64,000 nt of DNA from an uncultured Enterobacteriaceae bacterium (GTDB taxonomy: Bacteria > Myxococcota_A > UBA9042): contig CAYHHL010000002.1 of assembly GCA_964356325.1 (NCBI GenBank), positions 21,490-85,489 of the forward strand, given 5' to 3'. The notes under the pieces are model-generated. The model was not told the DNA's origin and made no database searches. It was given only the letters and a program-made list of their open reading frames with translations. Below are positions 31,257 through 43,900 of this stretch, piece after piece (position 1 is the first letter of the stretch; every line of letters starts with the position of its first letter). The position numbers and the translations under genes are program-made.

Positions 31257-32798
31257 ATGGAGCGACTCGACAAAGGTGTGTTGATCGCGGGTCTGGTGGT
31301 GCCGGGATCGGGCTCGCTGCAACTGGAGATCGACACCCACCTGACGATAGCGTCACCGCCGTGCCCGCCCGAGACGTTCGCGGCCTTGAAAGCCTGGGCG
31401 CTCGAGCGATTCGTCATCGACAACCCCTTGTATTGGCAAGCGCGTTTGCACCGGCGGCCCTGCAAGCACCTGCCCCAGCAAATCGCGATGGCCACGGCGG
31501 ACGACTTCCAGTTGGTGCTGCCGCGCGGGGCCAACGTCGAACTGAAGAAGCAACTCGCGGTGTTGTGCCCGCAACTGCCTGTGGTGGTGGTGGATCGACG
31601 GGCCGCGCCGTTGCTGAGCGATCCCCTGATGTTGCGCGTGGCCCTGCGGCCGTACCAGCAGGCGGCGGTGGACCAGATGGCGGCACGGCGCGACGGCGTG
31701 GTGGTGGCGCCGACAGGTTCGGGCAAGACCATGATGGCCATGGGGATCATCGCGCGCCTGGGGCTCAAGTCGCTGATCGTGGTGCACACCCGCACGCTGC
31801 TGGACCAGACCTGCGCGGTCGTCGAACAAACGCTGGGCATCCAGGCCGGACGGCTGGGCGGCGGGCAGGACGATGTGCGCGATGTGACCGTGGCGACTGT
31901 GCAAACGTTGGCGCGGCAGGACAGTCTGGCGTTGCGCGACGCCTTCGGTCTGGTGTTGCTGGACGAGGCGCACCACTGTCCGGCGGCGACGTTCACCGAT
32001 GTCCTGCAGGGCTTTTCCGCGCGGCATCGAGTCGGGCTGACGGCGACGCCGGAGCGCGCGGACCAGTTGCATCCGTTGATGTACGCGACCTTGGGCCCGG
32101 AGCTGTTCCGCGTGCGGCCGGGCGCGATGGTCGACATCGGCTCGATGGTGGCGCCCATCGTAGTGCCGGTGGAGACGGCTTTTCGCGGCGGGCGCGTGAT
32201 GAACCACGTCGAGATGGTCAGCCGGCTGTGCGACGATCCGGAGCGCAACCTCCAGGTGATCATGACGATCCAGGCTACGCGAGGTCGGCGCGCGCTGGTT
32301 CTGTCCGAACGCGTGCAGCATTGCCAGGAATTGGTGCGGATGCTGGAAAAACGCTCGATTCCCGCGCACCTGCTGGTCGGGCACATGACAGTGGAGGCGC
32401 GGCGGGCGGCGCTCGAGGCGTTCCTGACCGGTCCAGACGGCGTGCTAGTGGCGACGGGATCGCTGCTGGGCGAAGGCTTCGACTGTCCGGCGCTCGACAC
32501 GCTGTATCTGGTGGTTCCTTCGGGCAACCTCACCCGCACGACGCAGGCCTTGGGGCGGGTCTTGCGACCTCAGCCTGGCAAGCCGGCTCCGCGGGTCTAT
32601 GACTTCGTGGACGCGCAAACGCCTGGACTGTTGCGCAGTTTCAAGCACCGCGTGGCCGTGTACCACAAGCATCGCGCCGAGGTTCAGGCGGCGCGGCCCG
32701 CCACGACCTTCGATCCGGAGGCGGCCCAACCGCTTCCGATGCCGGCGGCACCTCCGGGCCAGGACACCTTTGCTGTGGCCAAGATCCCCCAGGCGTAG
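31257..32798 (+). CDS. SF2 DNA helicase, XPB/Rad25(ERCC3)-like
   Basis: Motif Q LRPYQQAAV, motif I APTGSGKT, motif II LLDEAHH, motif III with a RED-like insertion GLTATPERADQ, and motif VI TQALGRVLRP. A 120-aa N-terminal domain precedes the core, like the XPB damage-recognition domain. Confidence 0.8.
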   Translation: MERLDKGVLIAGLVVPGSGSLQLEIDTHLTIASPPCPPETFAALKAWALERFVIDNPLYWQARLHRRPCKHLPQQIAMATADDFQLVLPRGANVELKKQLAVLCPQLPVVVVDRRAAPLLSDPLMLRVALRPYQQAAVDQMAARRDGVVVAPTGSGKTMMAMGIIARLGLKSLIVVHTRTLLDQTCAVVEQTLGIQAGRLGGGQDDVRDVTVATVQTLARQDSLALRDAFGLVLLDEAHHCPAATFTDVLQGFSARHRVGLTATPERADQLHPLMYATLGPELFRVRPGAMVDIGSMVAPIVVPVETAFRGGRVMNHVEMVSRLCDDPERNLQVIMTIQATRGRRALVLSERVQHCQELVRMLEKRSIPAHLLVGHMTVEARRAALEAFLTGPDGVLVATGSLLGEGFDCPALDTLYLVVPSGNLTRTTQALGRVLRPQPGKPAPRVYDFVDAQTPGLLRSFKHRVAVYHKHRAEVQAARPATTFDPEAAQPLPMPAAPPGQDTFAVAKIPQA

Positions 32799-32855
32799 CG
32801 AAAATTCGTTGCCGCCCCGGGTCGTGCGCGCTACAAGGACGCCGGGGGAAATTCA

Positions 32856-33311
32856 GTGGACGTCCAACAGCGCACCTATCCCGCCATTCACATGGCGTTC
32901 CGGAGTTTTTCCGGGCCCGTGGACGACATCGTCGCGGCGGTGCGCACTTTGGTCGATTCGGTGCGGGCGTCAGGCGAAACACCGCTCGGGCCCCCGGTCG
33001 TCGTCTATCCGAGCGCCGCGCAGGATCCCCAGGCTGTGGTCGCGCGCATCTGCGTGCCGGTGCCGGCGGGATTCCACGGTCAGGACGATCTGCGCACGTT
33101 GACCATGGATGCCGTCGAGGTCGCCGTGGCCCGGCACGTCGGCCCGCACGCGGAAATCGGCAAGGCTTACGAGGCGATCTCGACGTGGGTCGACGAGCAT
33201 GGCCGGTCGCTGGCACAGGGCGCGTCCGAAACCTTCGTGATCGGTCCGCACACCGGCGCGCCGCCCGAAACCTGGCAGACCGATGTGGCCGTGCGTCTCA
33301 AGCCGCGCTAA
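32856..33311 (+). CDS. GyrI-like small-molecule-binding domain protein
   Basis: 151 aa. GTG start with GGGGGAA RBS. A two-lobed GyrI/AraC-effector-like pattern ..PAIHMAFRSFSGP..GPPVVVYPS..ETFVIGPHTG. Confidence 0.5.
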   Translation: MDVQQRTYPAIHMAFRSFSGPVDDIVAAVRTLVDSVRASGETPLGPPVVVYPSAAQDPQAVVARICVPVPAGFHGQDDLRTLTMDAVEVAVARHVGPHAEIGKAYEAISTWVDEHGRSLAQGASETFVIGPHTGAPPETWQTDVAVRLKPR

Positions 33312-34391
33312 TCATTTGTGTTTCACGGCCAGCTTGCGGAACAGCGCGCGCACGTTGTCGCCCAGCAACCCGCACGTCACCGGTTCAGGCAGCCCCGCCG
33401 CCAGCAAGGCCTCGACCAGGTTGGGCAATTGCCGCACCGAGCGCAGATCGTCGGGCGCCAGGATGTCGCCGTCGAAATCGAGGCCCAGCGCCAGCACCGC
33501 GTCACCACCCACCTGACGAACGTGTTGGACCTGGCGCACGAGGTCGGCGGTCGTGCACCGCGATCTGCCCGCCGCGAAAGGACAATGCGCGTTCAGGCCG
33601 ACGACGCCGCCGGAACGCGCGATGGCAGAGATCAGATCGTCGGGCAGGTTGCGCGCGTGCTGGACGACCGCGCGGGCGTTGGAATGCGTTGCTATCACAG
33701 GCAGTTTGCTCGAGGCCAGCATCTGCCGCGCGGTCGCGTCCGAGGCATGCGAGACGTCCAGGAGCACGCCCATTTCGCCAGCGATGCGCACGAGCTTGCG
33801 GCCTTGCGCCGAGAGTCCGCTGTGCAGCTTTCGACCGCGCGCCGCATCAGCAAAGGCATTGCTTTTGTTCCAGGTGGGCGCCACCGCCAGCAGGCCTTCC
33901 TGGCCCCACCCGCGCAACGCTTCGGCCCGCCCGCCCAGCGCCTCACCGCCTTCGATCGAAACGATGACCAGGGGTTGCTCGCCAGCTGAGGCCGCCAACC
34001 GCTTGGCCTCGGCCCGCACCAGGCCGCATTGCGCCAGCCGGGCGATGGCAACCAGTGCCTCGCGAGCCGCCCGCACGCCGTCTTCGCGCCCGGGCCGGGT
34101 CCAGACCGCATAGACCTGCGCCCCATAACGGGAATCGCGCAGACCAGCGGGATCGGCCTGCAGCGGTTCGCTGCAACGCCACGCTTGCTTGCCGACCGGC
34201 CGCTTGCGCACCTGCCAAGCCGTGTCGGCGTGCAGATCGATCGGCCGACAACGGGCGATCAGTTCCTTCGCCCTTTCACTGGCCTGCACCGGAGCGTGCG
34301 CTGCCGCGAGAGCTAGCGCGACGGCGACGGCTTGCATCGCCGCCCTCGCGACCGGCACACTGCGCCTCCGTTTCGCCACGGCCTTTGCCAC
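33312..34391 (-). CDS. Membrane dipeptidase (peptidase M19, renal dipeptidase family), secreted
   Basis: Metal-ligand motifs IDLHADT, SIEGGEAL, LDVSHAS and VIATHSNARA. The N-terminal signal peptide is KRRR plus a hydrophobic stretch. The start is GTG at 34391 or ATG at 34337. Confidence 0.8.
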   Translation of the reverse strand: MAKAVAKRRRSVPVARAAMQAVAVALALAAAHAPVQASERAKELIARCRPIDLHADTAWQVRKRPVGKQAWRCSEPLQADPAGLRDSRYGAQVYAVWTRPGREDGVRAAREALVAIARLAQCGLVRAEAKRLAASAGEQPLVIVSIEGGEALGGRAEALRGWGQEGLLAVAPTWNKSNAFADAARGRKLHSGLSAQGRKLVRIAGEMGVLLDVSHASDATARQMLASSKLPVIATHSNARAVVQHARNLPDDLISAIARSGGVVGLNAHCPFAAGRSRCTTADLVRQVQHVRQVGGDAVLALGLDFDGDILAPDDLRSVRQLPNLVEALLAAGLPEPVTCGLLGDNVRALFRKLAVKHK

Positions 34392-34433
34392 CTACAGCTC
34401 GCATGCACGCAAGCACGCACGCAGGACACGCGC

Positions 34434-34775
34434 ATGAGAATCGTCGACAAGCCCTGGGGCCACGAGGAGATCTGGGCCGAGACCAGCCGTTATGCCGGCA
34501 AGTTCCTGATCATCCGGCGCGGCGAGATGTTGTCCCGGCAGTACCACGAGCGCAAGGAAGAGACGATTTGCGTGCTGGAGGGCACATTGCTGCTCGAGGT
34601 GGGCCGCGCGCCGGCCGAGCAGCTGCGCCTGGGCCCGGGCGAGGTGTTCCACGTCCTGCCGGGCACCGTGCACCGTTTTTGCGCCGAGGAAAGCGACGTA
34701 CGCCTGGTCGAGGTCTCGACCCCCGAACTCGACGACGTGGTGCGGCTCGAAGACAAGTACGCGCGCAAGGGTTGA
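34434..34775 (+). CDS. Cupin domain protein (mannose-6-phosphate isomerase type II C-domain-like)
   Basis: MRIVDKPWGHEEIWAE...GEMLSRQYHERKEETICVLEG...GEVFHVLPGTVHRF carries cupin motifs 1 and 2. Confidence 0.7.
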   Translation: MRIVDKPWGHEEIWAETSRYAGKFLIIRRGEMLSRQYHERKEETICVLEGTLLLEVGRAPAEQLRLGPGEVFHVLPGTVHRFCAEESDVRLVEVSTPELDDVVRLEDKYARKG

Positions 34776-34937
34776 GAAACGGGGCCAAAGTTTCGAACTC
34801 ACTGGCCAACGGCGCAGGGGCCGCGAGGCGCCATGCACGGCGCACCAGGTTGGACATTACTCCGACAGGCTCCTAGACTCGATCTCCCCATCTGCAAGCG
34901 CGCGGATCTTCGGACGCACGCCGACCACGGAGCCTCG

Positions 34938-37900
34938 ATGCTGCACGCCTCCGGAGCCTTGCTGCCGCCCAGCACGGCTGACGTCCAGAAGCTGATCGCC
35001 CAGTTGCGCGACGATCTGAGCCAGGACGTGCGCACCGAAGTCGCCGATCGCCTGCTGCAACTGGTCGCTGCCGAACCGCATCCTGCCGTCCAGGCCGCCC
35101 TGCTCGAGCGCGCCGCCCGGCTCGTCGTCCCGCACGACCGCGATCGCGCCGTGGGGTTGTTGCGCGAATCTTTCCGGCAGTTCCCGACCCCGTCCGCCGG
35201 ACGCCGCCTGCGGCACCTGGCCGAAGACGATCCGACGATGGCGCGCCTGGGCCGCATGGGTCACCTCGTCGATGCAGTGGCCGAACTGAGCAAGGATCCA
35301 GCGCAACGTGCGACGGCGTGGCTGGACGCGGCGCGCATGCACATTCAGCTCGGCCGCGGCAGGTCCGCCCAGGTCGCTGCGCAGCGTTTGCAGGAATTGC
35401 AGCCGGAGCATCCCGACCTGCCAGAACTATTTGAGATCGCCGAACAACAGCAGGCGGCCCGCGCCGAAATGCTGGCGGCCCAGCGCATGGCGATTGGCGA
35501 GGCGGACGATGCCGAGCGCCCCCTGGCGCTGCTGGCCTACGCCGAACTGCTGCTGACTGGGGAGGAACCGCTTGCCGACGCCGCCGCGGTGCTGGCCGAT
35601 GCGGTCGATACCGGCGTGCCGCTGCACGAAGTGGCGCCGCTGTGGGTGGAAGTGGCCCGGGCGATGGGCGATCGACAGGAAATCGTGCGGTCGCTGACGG
35701 CGGCGCTGCAGGCCGGCGATGCCCTGCCCCAGCGCCTGCAATACGCGGATGAACTGGCTAATATTGCTGGAATCGATCGCACCGAGCCAGCGGTGGCGCT
35801 GCAGGCCCTGACCGCGCTGACCGAAGCCCTGCCGGACGACCTGACGCTGCAGTCCCGGCGCGAGGTAGCCCAGGCGCTGACCGGCGGCGATCAGCGCGAG
35901 ATGCTGTTGGAGGACCTGCGGCAAAAAGCCCTGCAATCGCGCAATCGTGACGGCGAGGCGGTCGTGTGTCTGGCGCTCGCTTGGGTGGCCCAGGAGCAAG
36001 GCGAGGCGGACAAGGCCGAGCGACAGTTCCGGCGCGTGCGGACGTTGGCGCCCCAGAATGCCGAGGCGCTGGACTTCTTCGAGGGCTGGTATCGCGCCCA
36101 GAACGATCACAAGCGCTTGCTGGTCGCGCTGACCCAGCGGCTGGCGATCAGCGAAGGTCGCGAGACCGTGCGTATCGCTACGGAGATCGCGCAGTTGTGC
36201 GAGGGTCCGCTGGCTACGCCCGAACGCGCGGTGGAAGCCTGGCAGCGCGTGCTGGCCGTGCAGCCGGACCATCCGGACGCGGCGACCGCCCTGGAACGCC
36301 TGTACCACCAGCATGGCCGCTGGCATGCACTGCGCGACCTGCTGGATCGGGCGGCGCGGATGCAACTGGCCCGTGCGTCTGTGGATCCGACGGCGCAGGA
36401 GCAAGCGGCGGCCCTGCTGTCCCGGCTGGCGGCGCTGCACGAAAGCGCGGGCAAGCTGCCCGACCCCGAGATGGCGCTGGCAGCGTGGCGACAAGTGCTG
36501 TCGGTGCAACCCCGGCATCCGCAAGCGCTCGCGGCGATCGTGGCCGATGCTCAGGCGCACGGCGAGGCAGGCGCGGCCCTGCACGCCATCGAACAGGCGG
36601 CCAACGCGGCGACCGAACCGGCGGAAGTCGCCGACCTGGCCGAGCGCGCGGCGATGCTGCACACGAGCGCGGGCCGACACGAGGCGGCGGCGGACTGGCT
36701 GCATCGCGCGGTGCAGGCGAGCCCGGACCGTCCGGATCTGGCCGCGCGCGTTGTGGAATCCAGCCGGCAACGGGGCGACGACGCGGCCCTGCTCGACGCG
36801 CTGCTCGGGCAGTTGCGCGCACTATGGCGGACGGCGCCCGAAACGCTGATGCCTGAGCAGGTCGCGGCGGTGCAGGCCCGGGACGAAGCGCAAGATGCGG
36901 TCAGCGTTCTGGAAGAGGCGGCGGCTCTGGCCGAGGCGCTCGATCGGCAAACGCTGGCGGTGCACCTGTACAGCCTGTTGGCGGCCGCGCAACCCGGCCA
37001 CATGGCAGCACTCTTGGGCCTAGGGCGGCTCTGCGTCAAGCCAGATCAGGCGGCGATGTTGGCCAGACTGCTCGAGGCCGAACTGGCGCGCGAGCCATGC
37101 CCTGACGATCGGCGCATCTTCGTGCTCGAACAGCTGGCGACGCTTCAAGTTTCCGCCTTGCGCGACCCGGCCGCGGCAGAGAGGACGGCGGCGCAGTTGG
37201 CGCTTCTGGCACCGGATTCGACCGTGGCGCAGTCGATTCGCGCCCGATCGTTGGTGGAACGCGGCGATCTCGGGGCCTTGCGGGCTCTCTATCCCGACAC
37301 GCCGGCCGGCAATGCGGCGTTCGCGGAGTCTGCCCTGGCGGCGGCCCCGCAGCAGGCTGGTGCGGCGCAAGTCCCCTTGCTGCTTGCGGCGGGCAAGGCG
37401 CTGGCCGGGCAAGAAGGTCAACACGAACGGGCGGCGATGGTGCTGGGCGACGCGCTGCGTGCCGCGCTGGAAGTGGCTAGGCCTGCGCCCGATGCCTTGG
37501 TGGCGGAGACGGCCGAAGCCCTGCTGGACCAGGCGCGGGCCGCGGGTCTGGTGGGCCTGCAACGCGAAGCTCTGGACGCGCTGACCCAGCACACCTCCAG
37601 CGAAATCTCCCTGCGTTGGCAACGGCTGCGGGTAGATCTGTGCGACGACGCAGGGTTGGATGCCGAAGCGGCGGCAGCGGCGGCTGAACTGGCCGAGGAG
37701 TTGCTGGTCGGCGAGCGCTGGGCGGAACTGCCGGAGATGGCCCGTCGTTACGCGTCCTTGAACGCCCGCGCCAGTGAAGCGGGCTCCGAAGCCGCGGCGG
37801 GTTCCGAGGCCGCCGAACGCATCGCCGCGTGGGCTGAAATCGCCGGGGATTCACCCGCTGCCCAGGAAGCGGTCGCGGCGTTGTGGCACGAGTCGGCGCG

Positions 37901-40900
37901 CCTGGCCTTGAACCACGGCGACCTGACCATGGCGCGGCGCGCGGTCGACGGCGCCCTGCACTTGCGCCCCGAAGACGCGACGATCCTGCTGCAGCGCGAG
38001 CGCATCGCCACCGAACAGGAAGACTGGCCAGCCGTGGTCGACAGCTTGGAACGTCTGGCCCGCGTGGCTCCGCCCGAGCAACGAGCCGACCTGCTGTTGC
38101 GCGCGGCCGGACTGAACGATCTCTCGATGGGCGATCCGCTTGTGGCCGAGCGGATGTACCGCGCGGTGCTGGCCGAGCGCCCCGATTCGCTGGAGGGCCA
38201 CGCCGGCCTGCTGGCCGCCCTGCGCCAGCTCGGTGCGGCGCAACCCATGGCGGCAGCGCTGGACGCCTACCTGAAGTTGCCCGCCGTGGGTCGGGAAAGC
38301 CTGGCGCACGCGGCGCTCGAGCGCATGGAACTGGCCGCGGCCGCTGGTGATCCGCAGCCGCTGCGGCCCGTGCTCGCCATCGTGGGCAAGCTGGCCGATC
38401 ACGCCCACCTGGACGAAGACGAAACGACGCTGCTCGCGGTGGCGGTCGCCCAGCTCGACGTGGCCGAAGCAGCTGCTGAAACGGCAACCGCCCTGCTGCC
38501 GGTCCTGCGCAAGCACGGCCGGGACGACGAAGCCTTGCGTTGCCTGGAGTTGCTGGCAGATGCGGCGCCAACGCCCACGGATCGCAGCCACCGGTACATC
38601 GAGGTGGCGGATCTGGTCGAAAGAGAAGCGCCGGAGCGGGCCTACGCGGCGATCCGCGCGGCGCTGGCGAACACGCCCGAAGTGACGGATCTGGCCGAGC
38701 GCGCGGTGCGGTTGGCGGGCAAGACCGGCATGGACGCCGACCTGGATGTGCTGCTGTTGGCGCTGGGTGGCGAGGCGGAGCTGCCGGGCGTGCGGCCCGT
38801 GGAAGATCCGCAAGTTCGGGCCAGGCTGCTGACCTTGCGCGCGCAGCGAGCGTTGCGCGGTGGCGATGCGGCGACGGCGGCAAACCTCTACACTTTGCTG
38901 AACGCGCTTTCGCCGCAAGATCTGGGACCTCTGGAGTCGTTGGAGGCCTTGTACCGCGAGGCTGGCGATCTGGACGCGGTGGCGGTGACCCTGGAGGAGC
39001 GGCTGCAAGCCCGCGTGCCCGGCGACGACCGCATGACCTTGTGGATGCGCTTGGCGAGCCTGCACGGCGACGAGCGCGGCGTCGAGGCGGAGGCCGAGGA
39101 GGTCCTGGCCCGCGCCGTGGCAGAACTGCCGGACAATCAAGACTTGTGGAACGTGTGGCTGGCGACCTTGCGCGACCTGGGCGACCGCAAGAAGCTGGCG
39201 GAAGCGCTGCAGCGACGTCTCGCGCAACCCCGCGCTCAGACGGAGGATGTCGAGGATCGCCAGGCGGCCCGGCTGGAAGTGGCCGACTTGTTGGAACAGG
39301 GCGACGACCACACGTCGGCGCTGCAGCACTGGCTCGAGGCGTTGGAGGTCGATCCGGCGGACGATCACGCGGCCGTGCGAGCTACTGAGACCTGGCTGAG
39401 CCTGGCCGAGCGCGGCTTGCCCGTGGAATTGGAGCAGGCGGCAGAACGGCTGGAAACAGTGCTGGACGCGCGCGGCGATTTCCAGGCGCTGGATCGGGTG
39501 CTGTCAGCCCGGGCGCGCCACCTACAAGACGCGGCGAAGAAGGCGATCCTGTTGCGCCAGGCATTCTTGCGCGAGCGCGGGCTGACCGAGCCAGGTCTGG
39601 CCTTCGAGTCCCTGGGTGCAGCGCTGCGGCTGGATCCGAGCGATCCCGTGGTATTGGCGGACGTACTGAGGTTGGGCGCGGGCGGCACCGAGGCGCATCC
39701 GCCAGCCCTGGCGGTGGGCCGTGTCCTGGCCCAAGCGGCCAACGAACTGAAGGATCCCAGCGCGCGCCGAGCATTGCGTCTGCAGGCGCTGACTTGGCTG
39801 ACGGGCGAGGCCGAAGGCGAAGGCCAGATCCTGCGCCGGGACACCTACGATGCGATGCTCAAGGACAATCCGGGTGATTCCGATGCCCTGGACGGCCTGG
39901 AACGCCTGACGTTGCAGACAGGCGACGATCGGGCGCGGCTGTCGGTCCTGGCGGCGCGGGCCAAGGTGGCGCCGAGGGAGGCTCAACACCGTCTCCTGCT
40001 CGAACACGCCCGCCTGCAAGCGCAACTCGGCGACGAAGTCCCTGCGATCAAGAGCCTGCGCGGCATCCTGGGCAGCGGCGACGCGGAAATGCGCCACGAA
40101 GCGGCGGCCACTTTGTGCGAGTTGCACGAGCGCCGCGGCGAACAGCGGGAACTGGCCGATGCCTTGATGGTCCTGTGCGGAACCATGGATGATCCGGACG
40201 CCCGGCGCCAGTTGACCCTGCGCGCGGCCCTGGTGCTGGCCCACTACGGCGACGGCGAGCGGGCGCGGACGATGCTGCTCGGCGAACGCATCGAGCATCC
40301 ACGCGATCGCGAAATCCAGGCCACCCTGGAGGACCTCCTGCGTTCGAGCGGCGATCAGGCGGCGCTGGCCGATCACCTGAAGCACGGCTGGACACAGGTC
40401 TTCACCGGCGAAGGCGATGCGGTTGCGCGCCTGCAGGTGGCACTGCAGTGGCTGGACGTACGGCAACACCTGGTCGGTCTGGCGGCGATCTGGCCGGACG
40501 TGCAGGCGGTGCTGGACGCCGGTTTGCGCGGGCCCGAGCTCGATGCGGTGCTGGAATCGCTCGAGGGTTGCAAGGATGCTGAGGTCTCGCTGGCGGCGAC
40601 CCGGCGTCACATCGCGCTGCACCGGGAAGCGGGCGACGCGGCGGGCGAAGTGGCGGTGCGCCTGGATCTGTTGGATCGCTGGCCGGAATCGGCGGATGCG
40701 CGCACTGAACGGGGCGTCGTCGCACACCTGCTGGAGGTCGACCTGGGCGACCCCGAGTCGGCGCTCTCGCAGTGGCAGGTCCTGTTGGCGACCGCGCCAT
40801 GGCACGAACACGTAGTGGCAGAGGCCCAGCGGTTGGCCGACGGTCTCTTGCGCGGCGCCGAGATCGACGAGGAAGTGCGCGCGGCGATGCTGAGACTGCC

Positions 40901-43900
40901 GACGGCGGCGGAGCGCAATGCCGTGCGAATGCATCTGGTCGAGCGAGCTTATGGCCGCGACGAGATGGGGCGGATGGCGGACGTGCTGGACGAGGTGCTG
41001 CGCGACGAGCCGGGCCACCCCGAAGCTTTCTCCATGCGTGGCGCGGTCTTGACGGAACTGCCGGAGTGGCACCACACAGATCGGCTGGCGGCGCACTGGC
41101 GTCACGGCATCGAGCACGCCGCGAGCGCGGTCGAGAAGCGCACGGCCAGGCTGGAACTGGCTAGATTGCTTCACGATCACCTGGGCGGAAGCGGAGTGGC
41201 CTTTGACCTGGTGCGCGACGAACTGGCTGAGCATCCGGACGCAGCCGACGCGGCAGAACTCATTGCGCTGGCACGGACGTACGGCGACGCGGCGGGTCGC
41301 GGCCGGGACGTCCTGGCGCTGCTGCGGGCCGAAGCCGAACGGGCGCCGTCGGGTCAGGCGCGGGCCGACCAGTTGCTGGCGCTGGCAGAGCGCTGTCTGG
41401 ATCAGAGCGGGGACGCTGAATCTGCACGGCTTTTTGCTGAACAAGCTTGGCAGGAAGCAGGGCCGAGCGCCCGGGCGTTCGCGGTGCTGGACAAGGCCGT
41501 GGATCGCTTGGAGACCCCCCCGCCGGAACTGCTCGTGCAACTGGCCGAACACCACGGGCAGAAGGAACCGGCGAAGGCGGCGCGACTCTTGCTGCGGGCC
41601 CAGCACCAGGCTTCGGACCCGGCTCTACTGAGGACGATTCTCCGTCAGCTGGCCACGGTGGCGCCGGCTGCGCGGCAAGCGGGGGTGGACCTGGACGCCC
41701 TGGGTCTGGCGCGCGACCTTGCCTTGGCCGAGCCGGAAGTACCCGAGAACTGGCAGGTGCTCGACAAGGCGGCGCAGGATCGGTCCGAGACGTTGATCGT
41801 GGCGCTGCTGCAAGCGGCCCAGGCGACAGAGGATCTGGCGTTGCGTCACGAGTTGCTCACGCGGGCGGCGCGCAAATGCGAAGCTACCGGCGATACGCAA
41901 CGCGGGCTGGCGGTCTACAAGCAGCTGGCGACGTTGCGCCCGGATGACGCGGCGCTGGCCGACCTGTACCTGACTGCCCTGCACGCGGCGGGCGACCCGT
42001 ACTACGGCGAGGCGCTGGCCAATGCCGTCGATCTGGCACGCAAGGCGGGCGAAACCCAGCGTCTGGCCAGGCTTCTGGAGCCCCACCTGCGGCTGGCGAC
42101 CACGGCCAAGCAACGCCACGGCATCCTGGGTGAATTGCGCACCCTGGGCGTACAAACCGAGGAAATGCGCGCGACGCTGGCCGCGCTCGCGGAAGATACC
42201 CAAGGTCTCGATGAGTTGGCGACGCGGGAAGTCAATGCGTGGCGCTTGCTCGACCTGGACCCAGAGCGCGAGCCGGAGGCCTGGCTGGCGGCTCGGTTGC
42301 AGGCGCTGGACACCATCGAAGACGCGGCGGTGCGGCAGGCGACCTGGCTCGACGTCGCCCGACACGCGCGCCAGCGGATGCAAGAGCAGGCGCAAGCTTT
42401 GGAATGGACGCTGCAGGCGCTCGATCCCGCTCCGGCGCCGGACACCTTGGCGGAACTGCCGGATCTGGTGCAGGACGAAGACGGCGCGCGCACGGTACTG
42501 GCCGCGCTGGAGCTTAGGCTTGGCGAAGAACGTTCGGATCACGGGCAGTTGGCGACGCTCGGTTTCGAGATCGGTCGACAGTTCCTCGGTCTGGACGCGG
42601 CCGTGGCGGCGTTCGCCCAGGCCTTGGCGGCCGACCGGCTCGATGCCGTGCAGTGGCTGGAGGACGCGGCGCGGTTGCAGGGCGACCTGACCGAAGCCCA
42701 GCGCCTGCTGCGGCTCGTGGCGCAACGGTTGGAAGCGACCGATCCGGCGGCGGCGGTTCAGGCCTGGCTGCGACTGGCCGACGAGACGGTGGGCACCGCG
42801 CAAGGGCAAGAAGCGCTGCAGCGAGTGCTGGCGCTCGAGCCCAAGCACGTTGGAGCGCTGCGACAAAGCCTGCAGGCGGCGGTCGCCGCGAACGATGCCG
42901 CGCGCCTCGTTCAACTGGCGGAAGACTTGGGTGAAAACGCGACGACTCAAGAGCGTGTCGCGATGGCGAAGGGCCTGCGCTCGCTCGGTCGCGAACAGGC
43001 GGCCCAGGCTGCGCTGACGGCGGCCCTGGCGCAGACCCCCGATGACGAGTCGGCCCTGCGGTTGCGCGCCGAACTGCAGGGCGCGACGCTGCACCTCCTG
43101 CCCGCTGCCGAACGGGGCGTGGCGACTCGGGCGTTGGCGGGCACCCTGGCGGCACTGGGCCAGGCGGATGAGGCGATCGATCTGCTGCTGAAGTGGGCGC
43201 GCCAGGCCTCTGACCCTCTGGAAGCCATTGAACAGGCGGGAGATATTGCGCGTGCGGCGGGTCGCTTGGACCTGTGGGTCGACGGCGTGTCCGATCTCGT
43301 GAGCAACGAAGATCTGCCGGTCGAGGCGGTCGCGCCGGCGGTGGCGCTGGCGGCGGCGGCGCTGGCCGAAAGTGGCGATCCCGGACGCGCGGCGGACTTG
43401 TGGCAGGCGGCGTGGGACCAGGATTCGGACAACCAGGACGCGTTGGAAATGGTGCTGGCCTTGCGGCGCGAGGCGGGCGATCTGCCCAGGCTGGCGCGTG
43501 ATCTCGAGCGGGCCCTGATGCTGGGCGGCGGCGAGGCGCAGACGCTGCGTCTGGAACTGGCTGAATTGAAGCGCACCGTGCTGGGCCGACCGCGCGAAGC
43601 GCTGCGTTTGGTGCTCGAAGTGTTGGCAGCGGATCCGCATGCGGCCGATGCCCTGACCCTGGCCGGCCAGTTGATGCGCACGCCAGCGGTGGCGGACGAG
43701 GCGCTGGCTGAACTGGAGCCCCTGTTTCGTGGTGCGCGCCAATGGCAAGGCGTGGCGACGGTGCTGCAAGCGCGCTTGGATCGGACCCAATTGCCGGCGG
43801 AACGGGCGATCTTGGCTGCGGAACTGGCGCGGGTGCAGTCCGAGCACATCGGCGACCACACGCAATCGGTGCGGTCCCTGGCGGTCGCGGTCCAGGCCCG

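Noticed and set aside
27852-31340. 1,162-aa minus-strand ORF
   Set aside because: It overlaps the MFS transporter gene (off-frame) and runs antisense through the 2-TM and helicase genes. It is Arg/Pro/Gly/His-rich with no domain signal, so it is a GC-frame artefact.
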